Origin: Vicinamibacterales bacterium
GTDB lineage: Bacteria; Acidobacteriota; Vicinamibacteria; Vicinamibacterales; SCN-69-37
Assembly: GCA_039925145.1 (NCBI GenBank)
Contig: JBDSZL010000038.1
Location: 53,181 to 117,180, forward strand
DNA: 64,000 bases
Reading direction: 5' to 3'
Part shown: positions 38,447-49,811 of the stretch, in pieces
Layout of the letters: every line of letters starts with the position of its first letter
How positions within the stretch are numbered: the first letter of the stretch is position 1
The notes under the pieces: generated by a model
Seen by the model: only the letters and a program-made list of their open reading frames with translations
What the model was told of the DNA's origin: nothing
The model's database searches: none
Made by a program: the position numbers and the translations under genes

Positions 38447-40450
38447 TCAGTCCACGGGCGGCGTGCGCCCGGCGCTCCCTCCGGTCTTGCGCCAGACGCG
38501 CAGCGTTTCGGCCACACTCCACGCCTGGGCGATGCAGCCACGCGGCGTGAACGGGTTCTCGCCGTCGAACACCTCGCTGATAGATCCGACACAGGCCTGA
38601 TCCAGATGGGGCAGGAAGCCGGTCAGAAACTGGCGGGCGCGTGTCTCTTCGCCCGGATGGACCCTCAGCCATGCGTCGACGAAAGGACCGATGAGCCAGC
38701 CCCAGACCGTGCCCTGGTGGTACGCCGCGTCGCGCGCTTTCAGGTCGCCGAAATATCGGGCCTGGTAGTCAGGATGCCCTGGCGCGAGCGATCGCAGACC
38801 GACTGGCGTCAGGAGCGTGCGCTCGGCCACCTCGAGCACGGCCGACCAGCGCGTTTGGTCGAGCACGGGGTGGGGCAATGCCATTGAGAGGATTTGATTC
38901 GGCCGGCACGCCGGGTCATCGCCCTGCTCGCCGTCGACCACGTCGTAGAGATGCCGGGTCTGCTCGTTCCAGAAGCGATGGTTGAACGACTGGCGCGTCC
39001 TGGCCGCCGCGATCCGGTATGCCTCGGCCTGTTCAGGCCGTCTGGCCTGTTCGAGCCACCGGGCGACCACGTGCAGGGCGTTGTACCAGAGCGCGTTGAT
39101 CTCGACTGCTTTTCCCCGGCGAGGCGTGACCACCCAGTCGCCAACCTTCGCGTCCATCCAGGTGAGTTGATAGCCGGCGGCGCCCTGAGCCAGAAGCCCA
39201 TCCTCGGGATCCACCCCGATGCCGAAGCGGGTGCCTGCCAGGTGTCGCTCGACGATAGCGACGAGTGATGGGAGCAGTTCGTCGATGATCGCCGTGTCGC
39301 CCGTGCGTGCCACGTATCGATCGAGGGCGTGGAAGAACCACAGCGTCGCGTCGGCCGTGTGGTAGACGCCTTCGTGTTCGCCCTCGGGGAAGAAATTGGG
39401 AATCAGACCGTCACGCACATGTTGTGCGAACGTCCTGAGAATCTGTCCGGCTTCTCTGGTGCGTCCGGTCTCGAGCGCGAGCCCCTCGAGACTGATCATG
39501 GTGTCGCGACCCCAGTCAGTGAACCAGTGATAACCCGCGATGATCGAACACGCGGTGGTTGGAGGCCGAACGGCCTCGGTCTCCGGTGACGCCGTGGTGC
39601 CCCCGTGGCCGACCGGTGTAATGACGAACTGATCGGCCGCCAGAACCAACTCCGCGAGGACGACGTCGTTTTCGGCTGCCGCGCGGGTCAGCAGAACGCC
39701 GCGCCGCGTCCGCTCCTGGTCCCAGGCCGCCAGCGCGCCGGTGGCCAGCAGGTGCTGCCAGTCTTCCGTCGAGGCGCTGAAGGCCACCGGCTCACCACGG
39801 TGCAGCGGCATCTCCAGCCACCCGGGACTCCACAACTTGGCCGCGAAGTCGTAGCCCCGCGACTGCTCGACGAGGTACTCGACCGACGACACCTCTGGAC
39901 CGGTAAACGTAGTGACAACTGGAGCCGCGCCGCTTACGTGCCACCGCATCGGCGGTAGTCCAGCGGGCGTCACCAGGAATCCGTCTGGCTCGGCCGTGAC
40001 GCGTGGCAGTTCGTCCCAGCCCGATGACACGGCTGCCTCATGAGGCCGCACGTGCAGCAGCGGCCACAGCAGCAGGCGAGCGTGCTCTTCGCCTTCGAGG
40101 AGGGTGAAGATCACGTGCACCGTATTCTGACCAGCGGCCATGACCACGCGGCGTTCGAACACGGTGGATCCCGCCTCGTACGTCCAGATGGGCTGTCCTC
40201 CCTCGAGCCTGAATTCCCGGAGCCTGGCCGTCTCGCTGTCGGCGAGGCACCTGGTGTCTTCGTGATCGATCACAAATTCACGCGGCCCCACCCCGAGGAC
40301 TGTCCGCAGGTGCGAGAGGTACAACATCCGGCCGAGCGGAGCCGGCAGAGACGCGATGAGCAAGCCGTGATACCGCCGCGTCAAGCCGCCGGCCACCGGC
40401 GCCGACGCGTACCCGCCGAGCCCGTTGGTGACCAGCCACTCCGTTTCCAA
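38447..40450 (-). CDS. Glycogen debranching enzyme, amylo-alpha-1,6-glucosidase type (archaeal-type GDE)
   Basis: N-terminus EWLVTNGLGGYASAPVAGGLTRRYHGLL and C-terminal (alpha/alpha)6-type region GYHWFTDWGRDTMISL...QAWSVAE. TTG start. Confidence 0.85.
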   Translation of the reverse strand: METEWLVTNGLGGYASAPVAGGLTRRYHGLLIASLPAPLGRMLYLSHLRTVLGVGPREFVIDHEDTRCLADSETARLREFRLEGGQPIWTYEAGSTVFERRVVMAAGQNTVHVIFTLLEGEEHARLLLWPLLHVRPHEAAVSSGWDELPRVTAEPDGFLVTPAGLPPMRWHVSGAAPVVTTFTGPEVSSVEYLVEQSRGYDFAAKLWSPGWLEMPLHRGEPVAFSASTEDWQHLLATGALAAWDQERTRRGVLLTRAAAENDVVLAELVLAADQFVITPVGHGGTTASPETEAVRPPTTACSIIAGYHWFTDWGRDTMISLEGLALETGRTREAGQILRTFAQHVRDGLIPNFFPEGEHEGVYHTADATLWFFHALDRYVARTGDTAIIDELLPSLVAIVERHLAGTRFGIGVDPEDGLLAQGAAGYQLTWMDAKVGDWVVTPRRGKAVEINALWYNALHVVARWLEQARRPEQAEAYRIAAARTRQSFNHRFWNEQTRHLYDVVDGEQGDDPACRPNQILSMALPHPVLDQTRWSAVLEVAERTLLTPVGLRSLAPGHPDYQARYFGDLKARDAAYHQGTVWGWLIGPFVDAWLRVHPGEETRARQFLTGFLPHLDQACVGSISEVFDGENPFTPRGCIAQAWSVAETLRVWRKTGGSAGRTPPVD

Positions 40451-40511
40451 GGGCGGTGGGGCTCATCGAACGCGAGCCGACGGACGGGCAATGTCGTGAC
40501 GTGCGTACGGC

Positions 40512-41505
40512 TCATCGGCGGGTTCCTTCCGCTGGCGCGCGCACGATCGCTGCCTCCGCAGGCAGGCGCCACCCGTTGCGCAACAGAATGTCTGGTGTGC
40601 CTCCGCCTCCGTACAGCGGATCCTCGCTCGACCACAGCACCACCCAGTGACTGCCAGCCGGCGGCGCCAGGAAGGGTTCGGGCATGACGATCACATCGAG
40701 CTGGCGGCCCAGGTTGACGATCAGCAGCCGATCCTCACTGTTGTGCCCGCTGGCGGCGTCACCCCGAAAGCGGTAGATGAAGGCATGCTCCGCAATCACC
40801 GCTCCGTCGAAGCCGCAGCGACCCTGGTCTCGAAACACAACGTCTGCCGAACGTAGCTGGAGCAGGGAGGCGTGCAGTGCCACGGCCTCGCGGTGCAGAT
40901 CGCGCTCGCGGGGGTCGAGCTTGCTCCGCATGAACGTCTCCAGGGCGGCCGGGTCGGGAAGCTGTTGATCGATCTCGGCGTGCGCCACGCTGCTGAACTG
41001 CGCCATGAACTCCCGGCGCCCCTTCTGCACGAGCGCGGCCAGTTCTGGTGTGTGATCCGCAAAAATACAGGAAGGGAGAAGACGCCGCATACTCCTGACC
41101 TTGGAAGAGCATCGGCGGCCTCGCGCCGGCCTGTCAGCGCCACCATGGCCGTATGGTGAAAGTCGTCGTTCCACATCGCGTCCAGCGCATATCCGCCCTC
41201 ACTCTCGCTCCGGACCTGACGGCAGTCCTGCGGCTCGTTCTCGGAGACGACCCAGGTCGCGCGTGGTCCCGCGGCGCCGCGCACGGCTGTGACGATCTCG
41301 CTGAGGATATGAGGGTGCGATGTGTCCACGATCGCCTGCGTGGCGTCGAGTCGCAGACCGTCGAGATGGAACTCCCTGATCCAGTACGCGGCATTCGCGA
41401 GATAGAACTCACGCACGCCACCGCACTGCTCTCCGTCGAAGTTGATGGCGCGTCCCCACTCCGTCGCGTGCGATCCGAAGTAGTAGGGCGAGAAGCGCTC
41501 TGACG
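40512..41505 (-). pseudogene. treZ: Decayed remnant of a GH13 malto-oligosyltrehalose trehalohydrolase (treZ-like)
   Basis: The homology is split over three frames. (A) ERFSPYYFGSHATEWGRAINFDG..FHLDGLRLDATQ..VVSENE..DAMWNDDFHH..TGRRE. (B) PPMLFQGQEYAASSPFLYF. (C) ADHTPELAALVQKGRREF...C-terminal domain. The N-terminal ~240 aa and the QNHDQ region are absent. Confidence 0.75.
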
Positions 41506-41507
41506 GG

Positions 41508-43169
41508 TCAGGGCGCCAGCACGTAATGCTTTTGCGGAAGGGCCGGCAAGGCGTCTAGGAGATGGTCGATCAGGGCCGGCCCATACCGGTTCATGAAGAA
41601 GGCAACATTGAGGAGCCGCTCCTGCGGGTGCCCTCCGGGGAAGGCGAGTGCCCTCGTCCGCACGAACTGGCGCCGGAGCGTGTCGTCTTTCTTCTTACTG
41701 GCCTGGATGATCTTGCCCTGCAGGCTTTTCAGCGTATCGCGCACCTTGTCGACCGTTGTGTCGATGGCGCCAACGAGCGTGGGATCGATCGACGAGACGG
41801 TCTGCTTGAGACCAATGGCCTGTTCGCTCATGAGGCCGGTCATCTGCTGAAAGAATTCGTCGAGCGACGGTGGCAGTTGTCGCTCGAGGATCTGGTTCAG
41901 CGCCGACTCGTCCTGCGGCTCCAGCGCTTCGAGCGGAAGCTCCTGCCGGCCAAGAAAGCGCAGCGCGGCCGAATCGAGCAGCGTTGCGCTGGCACGTGAA
42001 CAGAGCAGCGGCGGCTCGACTCCGAGCGCCCGGTAGCTGGTACCCAGTTGCGCGTGATAGGCCAGCTCGCTGGGGCCCGCCACATACGCCACCGTGGGAA
42101 ACAGCTGGTCCTGCACGAGCGGGCGAAGGAGCACGTTGGGGCTGAATCGGTCTGGATGCTCGGCGACTTCGCGGCGGAGGTCGTCCACGGTCCGCACCTC
42201 GTCGCCTATTGAATACTGCCCGTCGCGATAGCGAACAGGGCGCCGGCTGTCAGCGTTCACATAGAAGAGACACACGCTCTCATCGGCCGGCTCGATCTGT
42301 GGGGTGTGCCCCAGCTCGGCCATCACGTGACCGGCCCGGCGCGCCAGGCGTGACGTGCGGCCGGGGTCGCTGAGCTCTGCGTCGAAGAGGCCGGCGACGA
42401 ACGGTTTTGCCGCCGGATCGGACGACTCGAACACGACCAGGCCATGGCGGCCCAGCAGGTCTTCCATCCATCCGGCGAACGCCCCCGACATCGTCTCGCC
42501 CGGTTGGTACCGCCGGCGCAGTCCCGCCAGCAGGCCCGGTGTGAACTCGGTTGGCGACAGTAACTGCTCGAGTGCGGTGATGCTCTGACCGACGAGCTCG
42601 TCGAGACACAGTCCGCCGACGGGCCGAGAACCGGCCCCGGGTAACGGGTCGAGGGCCACACTTGCGAGCGCGAAGTCGCGGTCGAGCACATGGGCAGTAC
42701 GCACCTCGTCCCAGTCGTGGTCTTCGGCATCGACCCAGAACACCGGCACCGTCGGGACACCGTGATCGGCCGTCACCTGGCGGGCGAGTAGTACCGTGGT
42801 GATGGCCTTGAGGAGCGTGTAGAACGGGCCGCCGAACAGACCGGCCTGCTGGCCTGTGAGGATGGCAACCGTCTGGGGATTCTCGAGCAGCGCAGCGGCG
42901 CGTGTGGCCTCGGCAGGGGCGCCGCGTCGAGACTGCTGAGCGGCGATGAGCGCTGCCATGGGGACCGGCCGCCGGAGCGCGGCGGCCTGCACCCGGGCGA
43001 TCGTTGTGCGCCACGCAACCGGATCGGCGGGATTACCCGCGAACAGCGACGCGACCGACGCGAAATTGTTCGCGTGAGCCTGCACGAGCGGCCTGATCCA
43101 GGGCAAGCGGCCGAACTCGATGACGTCGCGCACGATCCCCGACGCGACGGTGTCCGGATGGCTGGGCAC
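41508..43169 (-). CDS. bshC: Bacillithiol biosynthesis cysteine-adding enzyme BshC
   Basis: 553 aa. The N-terminus (..FGRLPWIRPLVQAHANNF..) and overall pattern (AILTGQQAGLFGGPFYTLLKAITTV..; C-terminal coiled region) match the BshC/YllA family. Confidence 0.75.
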   Translation of the reverse strand: MPSHPDTVASGIVRDVIEFGRLPWIRPLVQAHANNFASVASLFAGNPADPVAWRTTIARVQAAALRRPVPMAALIAAQQSRRGAPAEATRAAALLENPQTVAILTGQQAGLFGGPFYTLLKAITTVLLARQVTADHGVPTVPVFWVDAEDHDWDEVRTAHVLDRDFALASVALDPLPGAGSRPVGGLCLDELVGQSITALEQLLSPTEFTPGLLAGLRRRYQPGETMSGAFAGWMEDLLGRHGLVVFESSDPAAKPFVAGLFDAELSDPGRTSRLARRAGHVMAELGHTPQIEPADESVCLFYVNADSRRPVRYRDGQYSIGDEVRTVDDLRREVAEHPDRFSPNVLLRPLVQDQLFPTVAYVAGPSELAYHAQLGTSYRALGVEPPLLCSRASATLLDSAALRFLGRQELPLEALEPQDESALNQILERQLPPSLDEFFQQMTGLMSEQAIGLKQTVSSIDPTLVGAIDTTVDKVRDTLKSLQGKIIQASKKKDDTLRRQFVRTRALAFPGGHPQERLLNVAFFMNRYGPALIDHLLDALPALPQKHYVLAP

Positions 43170-43175
43170 TGCGGC

Positions 43176-43181
43176 AATCTA
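43176..43181 (-). promoter_or_regulatory. Candidate -10 box TAGATT, 6 nt upstream of the bshC GTG (leaderless geometry)
   Basis: The minus strand reads TAGATT-gccgca-GTG. Confidence 0.3.
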
Positions 43182-43224
43182 CTACATTCCCGCGTTCGGA
43201 TGGAGGCGAGCGAACCGTCGCGGA

Positions 43225-43233
43225 TGCTAGGAT
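43225..43233 (+). promoter_or_regulatory. Candidate extended -10 promoter TGCTAGGAT for the PEGA pseudokinase gene
   Basis: TGnTAnnAT-type box in the 131-bp divergent spacer, about 68 nt upstream of ATG 43301. Confidence 0.35.
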
Positions 43234-43300
43234 CGCGGGGGACCCTGGCCCCCGGTTGAAAGGAGCCGTTCTGCTGCCCAACGAGGCGTCCCGTCGCACG

Positions 43301-45271
43301 ATGCCGACACGGTTTGGCGTCTACAGCGTGCTCCACCAAATCGGTAGCGGCACGTCGGGGCCCGTATTCCGTGCGCACGATCTCGAGACCGGCCGGCTGG
43401 CGGCCATCAAGGTCTTCGTCCGGGAGTGGTCCGACGAAGATCGTCTCCGCGTCGCGACTGGCCTCGAGTCGCTGGCGGCCGCGCAAATGCCGCACGACCG
43501 CATGGTTGCGTTGTACGAGGCGGGCGACGTGGAGGGCGTGGCGTATCTGGCAATGGAGTTCCAGCCCGCGGAGACACTCGAGCAGGCCTTGCGACGCCTC
43601 GCGCCCGCCCCTGTCGATCGTGCCCTGCCGCTGCTCGTCGGTCTCGCGACCGCGATCGACGCGGGCTGGAAGCAGCGCATGGGACACGGGGCACTCAGTC
43701 CGCGCGACATCTTCGTCTCGCCGACGGGCGAGCTGGCGGCCATCACGGGCTTCGGTGTCGCGCAGGCGCTGGCGCGCGCGGGCCAGCCCGAGCCTGGGCG
43801 TCGGGTCTACACCGCGCCAGAGCAGAGTCAGATCCCACTGGATATCCGGGCCGACGTCTTTGCACTGGGTGCGCTCGCCCACGAATTGCTCACGGGGAGG
43901 CGCCCGATTGCGCCTGGTGAGCAGGACGGCGAGCTGGGTGCCGAGGTCCCCCCGCGTCGGCGGGTTCACATCCGAGCGGTGCTCGCCACCGCACTGGCAA
44001 AGGACCCCGCCGCCCGCTTTCATTCAGCTCACGAATTCGTCCAGGCCCTCGCAGAAACTGCGGGGCTCGATGCCGAACGCGAGAGTTTCGCGCAGGCAGG
44101 CGCCGCCTCACGGCCGGCCTCGGACCTACGGTCGGTCCTGCCGGCTGTGTCTCCGCCCATGACGCGGGCACCCGAGCCCAACGTGGTCATGGCAGGCGCA
44201 CGTCCTGACCGCGCAGAATCGGGGCCGTCACCGGCGTCTCGCGATGAGTCCATGCCTGCACCCGACTTCCCGTCTGAGAGCAGACCCTCGTCGATGGCGC
44301 CGAGCGTTCCGGTCGTCACCGCTGGCATCGACCCGGATGTGTTCACATCGCAGGCGCCACTTGGGCAGGCAATGGGGCGTGAGGACGTGCTGGGGGATGC
44401 CCCGATGGCGCGCGCGGCGCTGCCGCTCAGGAACGGCTCCATCACCCACGCGCCCGCGCCGGGGCCACGGGCGTGGCGTTCGTCCTTCACGGTCTCGCTC
44501 ATGGCCGCTATCGGCCTGTTGATCGGCGGCGGCGCGGCATACCTCCAATTCCACCGGCCGGTGGCCGATCCGGCACAGCAGGGCGACCCGGTCGCGACAG
44601 GGGGAACAGCGTCCGTCTCCGGTTCGACGTCGGTCCTCCCACCGGCCGAGTCCGTCGACTCAGCGCCGTCGCCACCGGCCGGACCCGCGCAGCAGCCGAC
44701 CTCCGCTTCGCCGCTCCCGCGTCGCCCTGCGGCGGAAGGCCGACAGGATGCGACCACCACTCCCCGACGGACAGCGGCACTGCCGGGTCGAGTGACAGTC
44801 AACTCGGAACCGACCGGCGCCATGGTCACCATAGACGGACATTTTCTGGGCGCGACGCCAGCGGCCGCGACCGACCTGTCAATCGGGGCTCACACAGTGA
44901 TGGTGGCCAGGCCCGGCTACGTGCCGCGTTCAGAGCAGGTGGTGCTCACCGCCGGGTCCCCCGCACAGGCGCTGACCATCCGCTTGCAGGCCGGACTCGA
45001 GAGCGCGTCGCGGAGCGGCGCTGAGCTCGGGCCGCCCCCGCGTGGCGATGGATCGAGCGCGTCCACCGGGTCGATCGATGTAGACTCACGTCCACGCGGC
45101 GCACGGGTTAATCTGGATGGCCGCTTCGTCGGACTGGCGCCCTTGCGGCTGGCGCAGCTGCAGACCGGCGCGCACACGGTTACGCTGGAATCCCCAGGGC
45201 GGCCGGCGGCGACCCGCCGGGTCCGCGTCGATGCGGGCCAGGTCGCGACCGTGCGCATCAACATGGAATAG
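43301..45271 (+). CDS. Membrane-anchored Ser/Thr-kinase-like pseudokinase with two C-terminal PEGA domains
   Basis: The Gly loop ([10 protein letters not shown]), the AAIK lysine and APE are present. The catalytic loop reads HGALSPRD (not HRDLKPxN) and DFG reads GFG. One TM helix ([17 protein letters not shown]), then two PEGA repeats ([14 protein letters not shown].., [14 protein letters not shown]..). Confidence 0.8.
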   Translation: MPTRFGVYSVLHQIGSGTSGPVFRAHDLETGRLAAIKVFVREWSDEDRLRVATGLESLAAAQMPHDRMVALYEAGDVEGVAYLAMEFQPAETLEQALRRLAPAPVDRALPLLVGLATAIDAGWKQRMGHGALSPRDIFVSPTGELAAITGFGVAQALARAGQPEPGRRVYTAPEQSQIPLDIRADVFALGALAHELLTGRRPIAPGEQDGELGAEVPPRRRVHIRAVLATALAKDPAARFHSAHEFVQALAETAGLDAERESFAQAGAASRPASDLRSVLPAVSPPMTRAPEPNVVMAGARPDRAESGPSPASRDESMPAPDFPSESRPSSMAPSVPVVTAGIDPDVFTSQAPLGQAMGREDVLGDAPMARAALPLRNGSITHAPAPGPRAWRSSFTVSLMAAIGLLIGGGAAYLQFHRPVADPAQQGDPVATGGTASVSGSTSVLPPAESVDSAPSPPAGPAQQPTSASPLPRRPAAEGRQDATTTPRRTAALPGRVTVNSEPTGAMVTIDGHFLGATPAAATDLSIGAHTVMVARPGYVPRSEQVVLTAGSPAQALTIRLQAGLESASRSGAELGPPPRGDGSSASTGSIDVDSRPRGARVNLDGRFVGLAPLRLAQLQTGAHTVTLESPGRPAATRRVRVDAGQVATVRINME

Positions 45272-45303
45272 CCAGAGGCCGTTCCGCATTCATTCTGCCG
45301 AGG

Positions 45304-46428
45304 TTGTGTTTGGACGCAGTTCTTGTACTTGAAAACGGCATGGTGTTCCGCGGTATGTCAGCGGGGGCCATAGGCGAAGCCGCGGGCGAGGTCGTGTTCA
45401 ACACGAGCATGACCGGCTATCAGGAGGTGCTCACCGATCCCTCCTACTCCGGCCAGATCGTCACGATGACCTGTCCGGAGATCGGCAACTACGGCGTCAC
45501 GGCCGAGGATGTCGAGTCGAGGGGGGTTCAGGTGGCCGGCTTCGTCATCCGTGCCGAGTCGCCGATGGCGAGCAACTGGCGCGCCGAGGGCACCCTGCGC
45601 GACTACCTGATCAGCAACGGCATCGTGGCCATCGCGGATGTCGACACGCGGGCGTTGACACGTCTGCTTCGTTCATCTGGCGTCATGCGCGGCGTCATCG
45701 GCACGGGACGCGTTGACCCGAACGAGCTGGTGCAGAAGGCGAAGAGCCTGCCCAGGATGGAAGGGGCCGATCTTGTGCAGACGGTCACCTGCCAGGAGCC
45801 GTTCGACTACCAGCCGCCGCCCGGCGACGAGTTCGTCGTGCCCGCGGGGCACCGGGTGAGTCGACCGCTGCGGATTGCCGCCTACGATTTGGGCATGAAA
45901 TACAACATCCTGCGCCGCTTTGCCGCCTACGGCTGCCAGGTGCGCGTGTATCCGGCTTCCACACCTGCGTCAACGCTGTTAGAGTCGGCGCCCGATGGCA
46001 TATTTCTGAGCAACGGCCCGGGTGATCCAGCGGTACTCGATTACGCCATTGCCAATGCCAGGGAAGTGGTGAAGAGCGGCGTGCCGACGTTTGGTATCTG
46101 CCTGGGGCATCAGGTGCTGGGCCTGGCCCTCGGGGCGCGCACGTTCAAACTGAAATTCGGCCACCGCGGCGCCAACCACCCGGTGCAGGAGCTGCGCTCC
46201 GGCAAGGTGGAGATTACGTCGCAGAACCACGGCTTTGCGATCGACCGCGATTCGTTGCCCCACGACGTAGAGGTGACGCACCTCAATCTGTACGACGGCA
46301 CGATTGAAGGGCTGCGTCACGTGTCCCGCCCGGTGTTCTGCGTGCAGTACCACCCAGAAGCGGCTCCCGGACCGCACGACGCCGATTACCTATTCGACCA
46401 GTTCATCAGCGCGATGGATCAGAAGTAG
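45304..46428 (+). CDS. carA: Carbamoyl-phosphate synthase small (glutaminase) subunit
   Basis: [32 protein letters not shown] and HGFA motifs. TTG start (45304 or 45310). Confidence 0.93.
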   Translation: MCLDAVLVLENGMVFRGMSAGAIGEAAGEVVFNTSMTGYQEVLTDPSYSGQIVTMTCPEIGNYGVTAEDVESRGVQVAGFVIRAESPMASNWRAEGTLRDYLISNGIVAIADVDTRALTRLLRSSGVMRGVIGTGRVDPNELVQKAKSLPRMEGADLVQTVTCQEPFDYQPPPGDEFVVPAGHRVSRPLRIAAYDLGMKYNILRRFAAYGCQVRVYPASTPASTLLESAPDGIFLSNGPGDPAVLDYAIANAREVVKSGVPTFGICLGHQVLGLALGARTFKLKFGHRGANHPVQELRSGKVEITSQNHGFAIDRDSLPHDVEVTHLNLYDGTIEGLRHVSRPVFCVQYHPEAAPGPHDADYLFDQFISAMDQK

Positions 46429-46436
46429 CCCGCAGC

Positions 46437-49400
46437 ATGCCGAAGAGAACCGACCTGAAACGTGTGCTCGTCATCGGCTCTGGTCCGATCGTGATCGGCC
46501 AGGCCTGCGAGTTCGACTACTCCGGAACCCAGGCGTGCAAGGCGCTGCGCGCCGAGGGGCTCGAGGTCATCCTCGTCAACAGCAATCCGGCGACGATCAT
46601 GACCGACCCCGAGATTGCCGATCGCACCTACGTCGAACCGCTTACGGTCGCGGCGCTCGAGCAGATCATCGAGCGCGAGCGTCCCGATGCGCTGCTGCCC
46701 ACCGTCGGCGGTCAGACGGCGCTCAACCTGGCGGTGGAGCTGGCCGAGCACGGCGTGCTCGCGAAGTACAACGTCGCGCTGATCGGCGCGTCGATTGCCG
46801 CCATCAAGGTTGCCGAGGATCGCCAGCTGTTCAAAGAGGCGATGCGCTCGATCGACATCAGCGTGCCCCTCAGTGTCTGCGCCAACTCGATGAGTCAGGC
46901 GCTCGGCGCGGCCGACACGATGGGATTTCCGCTGATCATCCGCCCGTCGTTCACCCTCGGCGGCGTCGGCGGCGGCATCGCCTACAACATCGAAGAGTTC
47001 CGCGATATCTGCCAGCGGGGTCTCGACATGAGCCCGGTCCACGAGATTCTCGTGGAAGAGTCGGTCATCGGCTGGAAAGAGTTCGAGCTCGAAGTGATGC
47101 GCGACGGCGCCGATAACTTCGTCGTCATCTGCTCCATCGAAAACATCGATCCGATGGGCGTGCACACCGGCGACAGCATCACCGTGGCGCCGGCGCTGAC
47201 GCTGACCGACAAGGAATACCAGCGCATGCGCGACGCCGCCCGGCGGATCATCCGGAAGATCGGCGTGGAGACCGGGGGCTCGAACATCCAGTTTGCGATC
47301 AACCCTGACGACGGACGCATGGTCGCCATCGAGATGAATCCGCGCGTGTCGCGGTCGTCGGCGCTCGCCTCGAAGGCCACTGGGTTTCCCATCGCGAAGA
47401 TCGCCGCCAAACTCGCGCTGGGGTACCGGCTCGATGAAATCAAGAACGACATCACGCGCGAGACGCCCGCGTCGTTCGAGCCGACGATCGACTACGTGGT
47501 GGTGAAGGTGCCGCGGTGGGCGTTCGAGAAGTTCCCCCAGGCCGATCGCACGCTGACGACGCAGATGAAGTCGGTCGGCGAGGCGATGGCGATCGGGCGC
47601 ACCTTCAAGGAAGCCTTTTTGAAGGCCTTCCGTTCGCTCGAGCTGGGCAAGAGCGGGCTGCTGCTCGGCCAGACGGCCACCGGCAGCGAGTACGAGCAGG
47701 AGGACCAGACGTCGCTGCAGCAGGCGCTCGGCATTCCGACCGACCGCCGCATGTTCGCCGTGTTCCGCGCCCTCGAGCGCGGATGGACGCTCGACGAAAT
47801 CCATCGGCTCACGCACATCGATCCCTGGTTTCTCACGCAGTTCCAGCAGATCGTCGAGCTCGCTCGCTCGGCTCAGGCCGTGGGCGCGCGTGACCTCTCC
47901 GACGACCTGCTGCGCACGTTGAAACGCGCCGGGTTCGGCGACGCGGATATCGCCCGTCTCGTCGGCGTCGACGAAGACAGCATGCGCGGACGTCGCATCG
48001 AGGCCAGGATCATCGCCGCGTACAAACGCATCGACACCTGTGCGGCTGAGTTCGAGTCGTACACCCCGTACATGTATGGCACCTTCGAGGATCAGTGCGA
48101 GGCTGAACCGAATTCCCGGTCAAAAGTAATCATCCTTGGGAGTGGGCCCAATCGCATCGGTCAGGGCATCGAGTTCGACTACTGCTGCTGTCACGCGGCC
48201 TTCGCGTTTCGCGAGGAGGGCTTCGAGACGATCATGGTGAACTGCAATCCCGAGACGGTCTCGACCGACTACGACACGGTCGACCGGCTCTACTTCGAGC
48301 CGCTGACCTTCGAAGACGTGTTTGCGATTATCGAGCGCGAGAAAAGCGCGGGCGGCGATGTCGCCTGCGTCGTGCAGTACGGCGGGCAGACGCCGTTGAA
48401 GCTGTCCCTGCGGCTGCAGGAGGCCGGCGTCCGGATTCTGGGCACGTCGCCCGACTCGATCGACCTGGCCGAGGATCGTGACCGGTTTTCACGACTGCTC
48501 TGGGATCTCGGCATTCCGCAGGCCAAGAGCGGAACGGCCACATCAGAAGAGCAGGCGCGCGAAGTGGCCGGCGCGATTGGCTTTCCCGTGGTCGTGCGCC
48601 CCTCATACGTCCTCGGCGGCCGCGCGATGGCGATCGTGTACGACACGGCCGCGCTCAATCGGTACATGCGGCACGCGGTGCAGGCCTCGCCCGAGCACCC
48701 AGTACTGATCGACAAGTTCCTCGAGGACGCTACGGAGATCGACGTCGACGCGCTGGCCGATGCCAGCGGCGGGGTGATCGTCGGGGGCATCATGGAGCAC
48801 ATCGAGCAGGCCGGTATCCATTCCGGCGACAGCTCGTGTGTCGTGCCGCCGTTCCAGCTGAGCGATCGTCACATGGCGACGATTCGCGACTACACCCGTC
48901 GCATCGCGCGTGCCCTCAACGTCGTCGGGCTCATGAACACGCAGTTCGCCATCAAGGACGATGTGGTGTACGTGCTCGAGGTCAATCCCCGCGCGTCCCG
49001 GACGGTGCCGTACCTCTCGAAAGCCACCGGTGTGCCGCTGGCCAAGGTCGCGGCGCGGCTGATGATCGGCCGGACCCTCGCCGAGCTCGGGATCACCGCG
49101 GACCTGGAAGTCGGCGGGTCCTTCGTGAAGACGCCGGTGTTTCCGTTCGTGCGGTTTCCTGGCGTCGACACGCTGTTGGGGCCGGAGATGAAGTCGACGG
49201 GCGAGGTGATGGGTTGCGCGGAGACCTTCGGGTCGGCGTTCGCCAAGGCCTACATGGGTGCCGGGCAGCACCTGCCGCAACAGGGGACCGCGTTCATCAG
49301 CGTGAACAATCGAGACAAGGCCGCAGTGGTGCCAATCGCCCGCGACCTGGCGCGCCTCGGGTTTTCGCTGATGGCGACCCGCGGCACGGCCGCCTACCTG

Positions 49401-49700
49401 CGAGCGCATGGACTCGAGGCCAGCATTATCTTCAAGATTAACGAAGGCCGTCCGCACGTCGGAGACGAGTTGTTGAACCGCCGCATCGCGCTCGTCATCA
49501 ACACGCCGCTCGGTCGTGACTCGTTCTTCGACGATCGCGCCGTCCGCAGCGTCGCGATGATGCAGGGCGTGCCCGCCATCACGACCCTGACGGGCGCGGC
49601 CGCCGCGGTCAGCGCGATCGAAGCAATCCGCAACGAGGGGCTCAGCGTCAAGTCTCTGCAGGAGTACCACGAGGAGTTTCAGGCGCAGAAGGCCAGATGA
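46437..49700 (+). CDS. carB: Carbamoyl-phosphate synthase large subunit
   Basis: 1087 aa. Duplicated ATP-grasp halves ([21 protein letters not shown].. / [21 protein letters not shown]..) and a C-terminal MGS-like domain. Confidence 0.97.
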   Translation: MPKRTDLKRVLVIGSGPIVIGQACEFDYSGTQACKALRAEGLEVILVNSNPATIMTDPEIADRTYVEPLTVAALEQIIERERPDALLPTVGGQTALNLAVELAEHGVLAKYNVALIGASIAAIKVAEDRQLFKEAMRSIDISVPLSVCANSMSQALGAADTMGFPLIIRPSFTLGGVGGGIAYNIEEFRDICQRGLDMSPVHEILVEESVIGWKEFELEVMRDGADNFVVICSIENIDPMGVHTGDSITVAPALTLTDKEYQRMRDAARRIIRKIGVETGGSNIQFAINPDDGRMVAIEMNPRVSRSSALASKATGFPIAKIAAKLALGYRLDEIKNDITRETPASFEPTIDYVVVKVPRWAFEKFPQADRTLTTQMKSVGEAMAIGRTFKEAFLKAFRSLELGKSGLLLGQTATGSEYEQEDQTSLQQALGIPTDRRMFAVFRALERGWTLDEIHRLTHIDPWFLTQFQQIVELARSAQAVGARDLSDDLLRTLKRAGFGDADIARLVGVDEDSMRGRRIEARIIAAYKRIDTCAAEFESYTPYMYGTFEDQCEAEPNSRSKVIILGSGPNRIGQGIEFDYCCCHAAFAFREEGFETIMVNCNPETVSTDYDTVDRLYFEPLTFEDVFAIIEREKSAGGDVACVVQYGGQTPLKLSLRLQEAGVRILGTSPDSIDLAEDRDRFSRLLWDLGIPQAKSGTATSEEQAREVAGAIGFPVVVRPSYVLGGRAMAIVYDTAALNRYMRHAVQASPEHPVLIDKFLEDATEIDVDALADASGGVIVGGIMEHIEQAGIHSGDSSCVVPPFQLSDRHMATIRDYTRRIARALNVVGLMNTQFAIKDDVVYVLEVNPRASRTVPYLSKATGVPLAKVAARLMIGRTLAELGITADLEVGGSFVKTPVFPFVRFPGVDTLLGPEMKSTGEVMGCAETFGSAFAKAYMGAGQHLPQQGTAFISVNNRDKAAVVPIARDLARLGFSLMATRGTAAYLRAHGLEASIIFKINEGRPHVGDELLNRRIALVINTPLGRDSFFDDRAVRSVAMMQGVPAITTLTGAAAAVSAIEAIRNEGLSVKSLQEYHEEFQAQKAR

Positions 49701-49811
49701 GGCGACTGGGCGCGCCCGGTGCCACGCAGGTAGGCGCGACCCCGTGCCCTCAGGCCTCTGAGCCTCGCTGACGTTCGCCGATCTCGTTGGACCACTCGGC
49801 CACAATCGCCC

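Noticed and set aside
43256-43300. TTG 43256 as the start of the PEGA pseudokinase, and the AAGGAG at 43259..43264 as its Shine-Dalgarno sequence.
   Set aside because: No in-frame start codon lies 5-10 nt downstream of the AAGGAG. The kinase-like domain begins just after ATG 43301. The TTG start would only add 15 non-conserved-looking residues. The choice remains uncertain.
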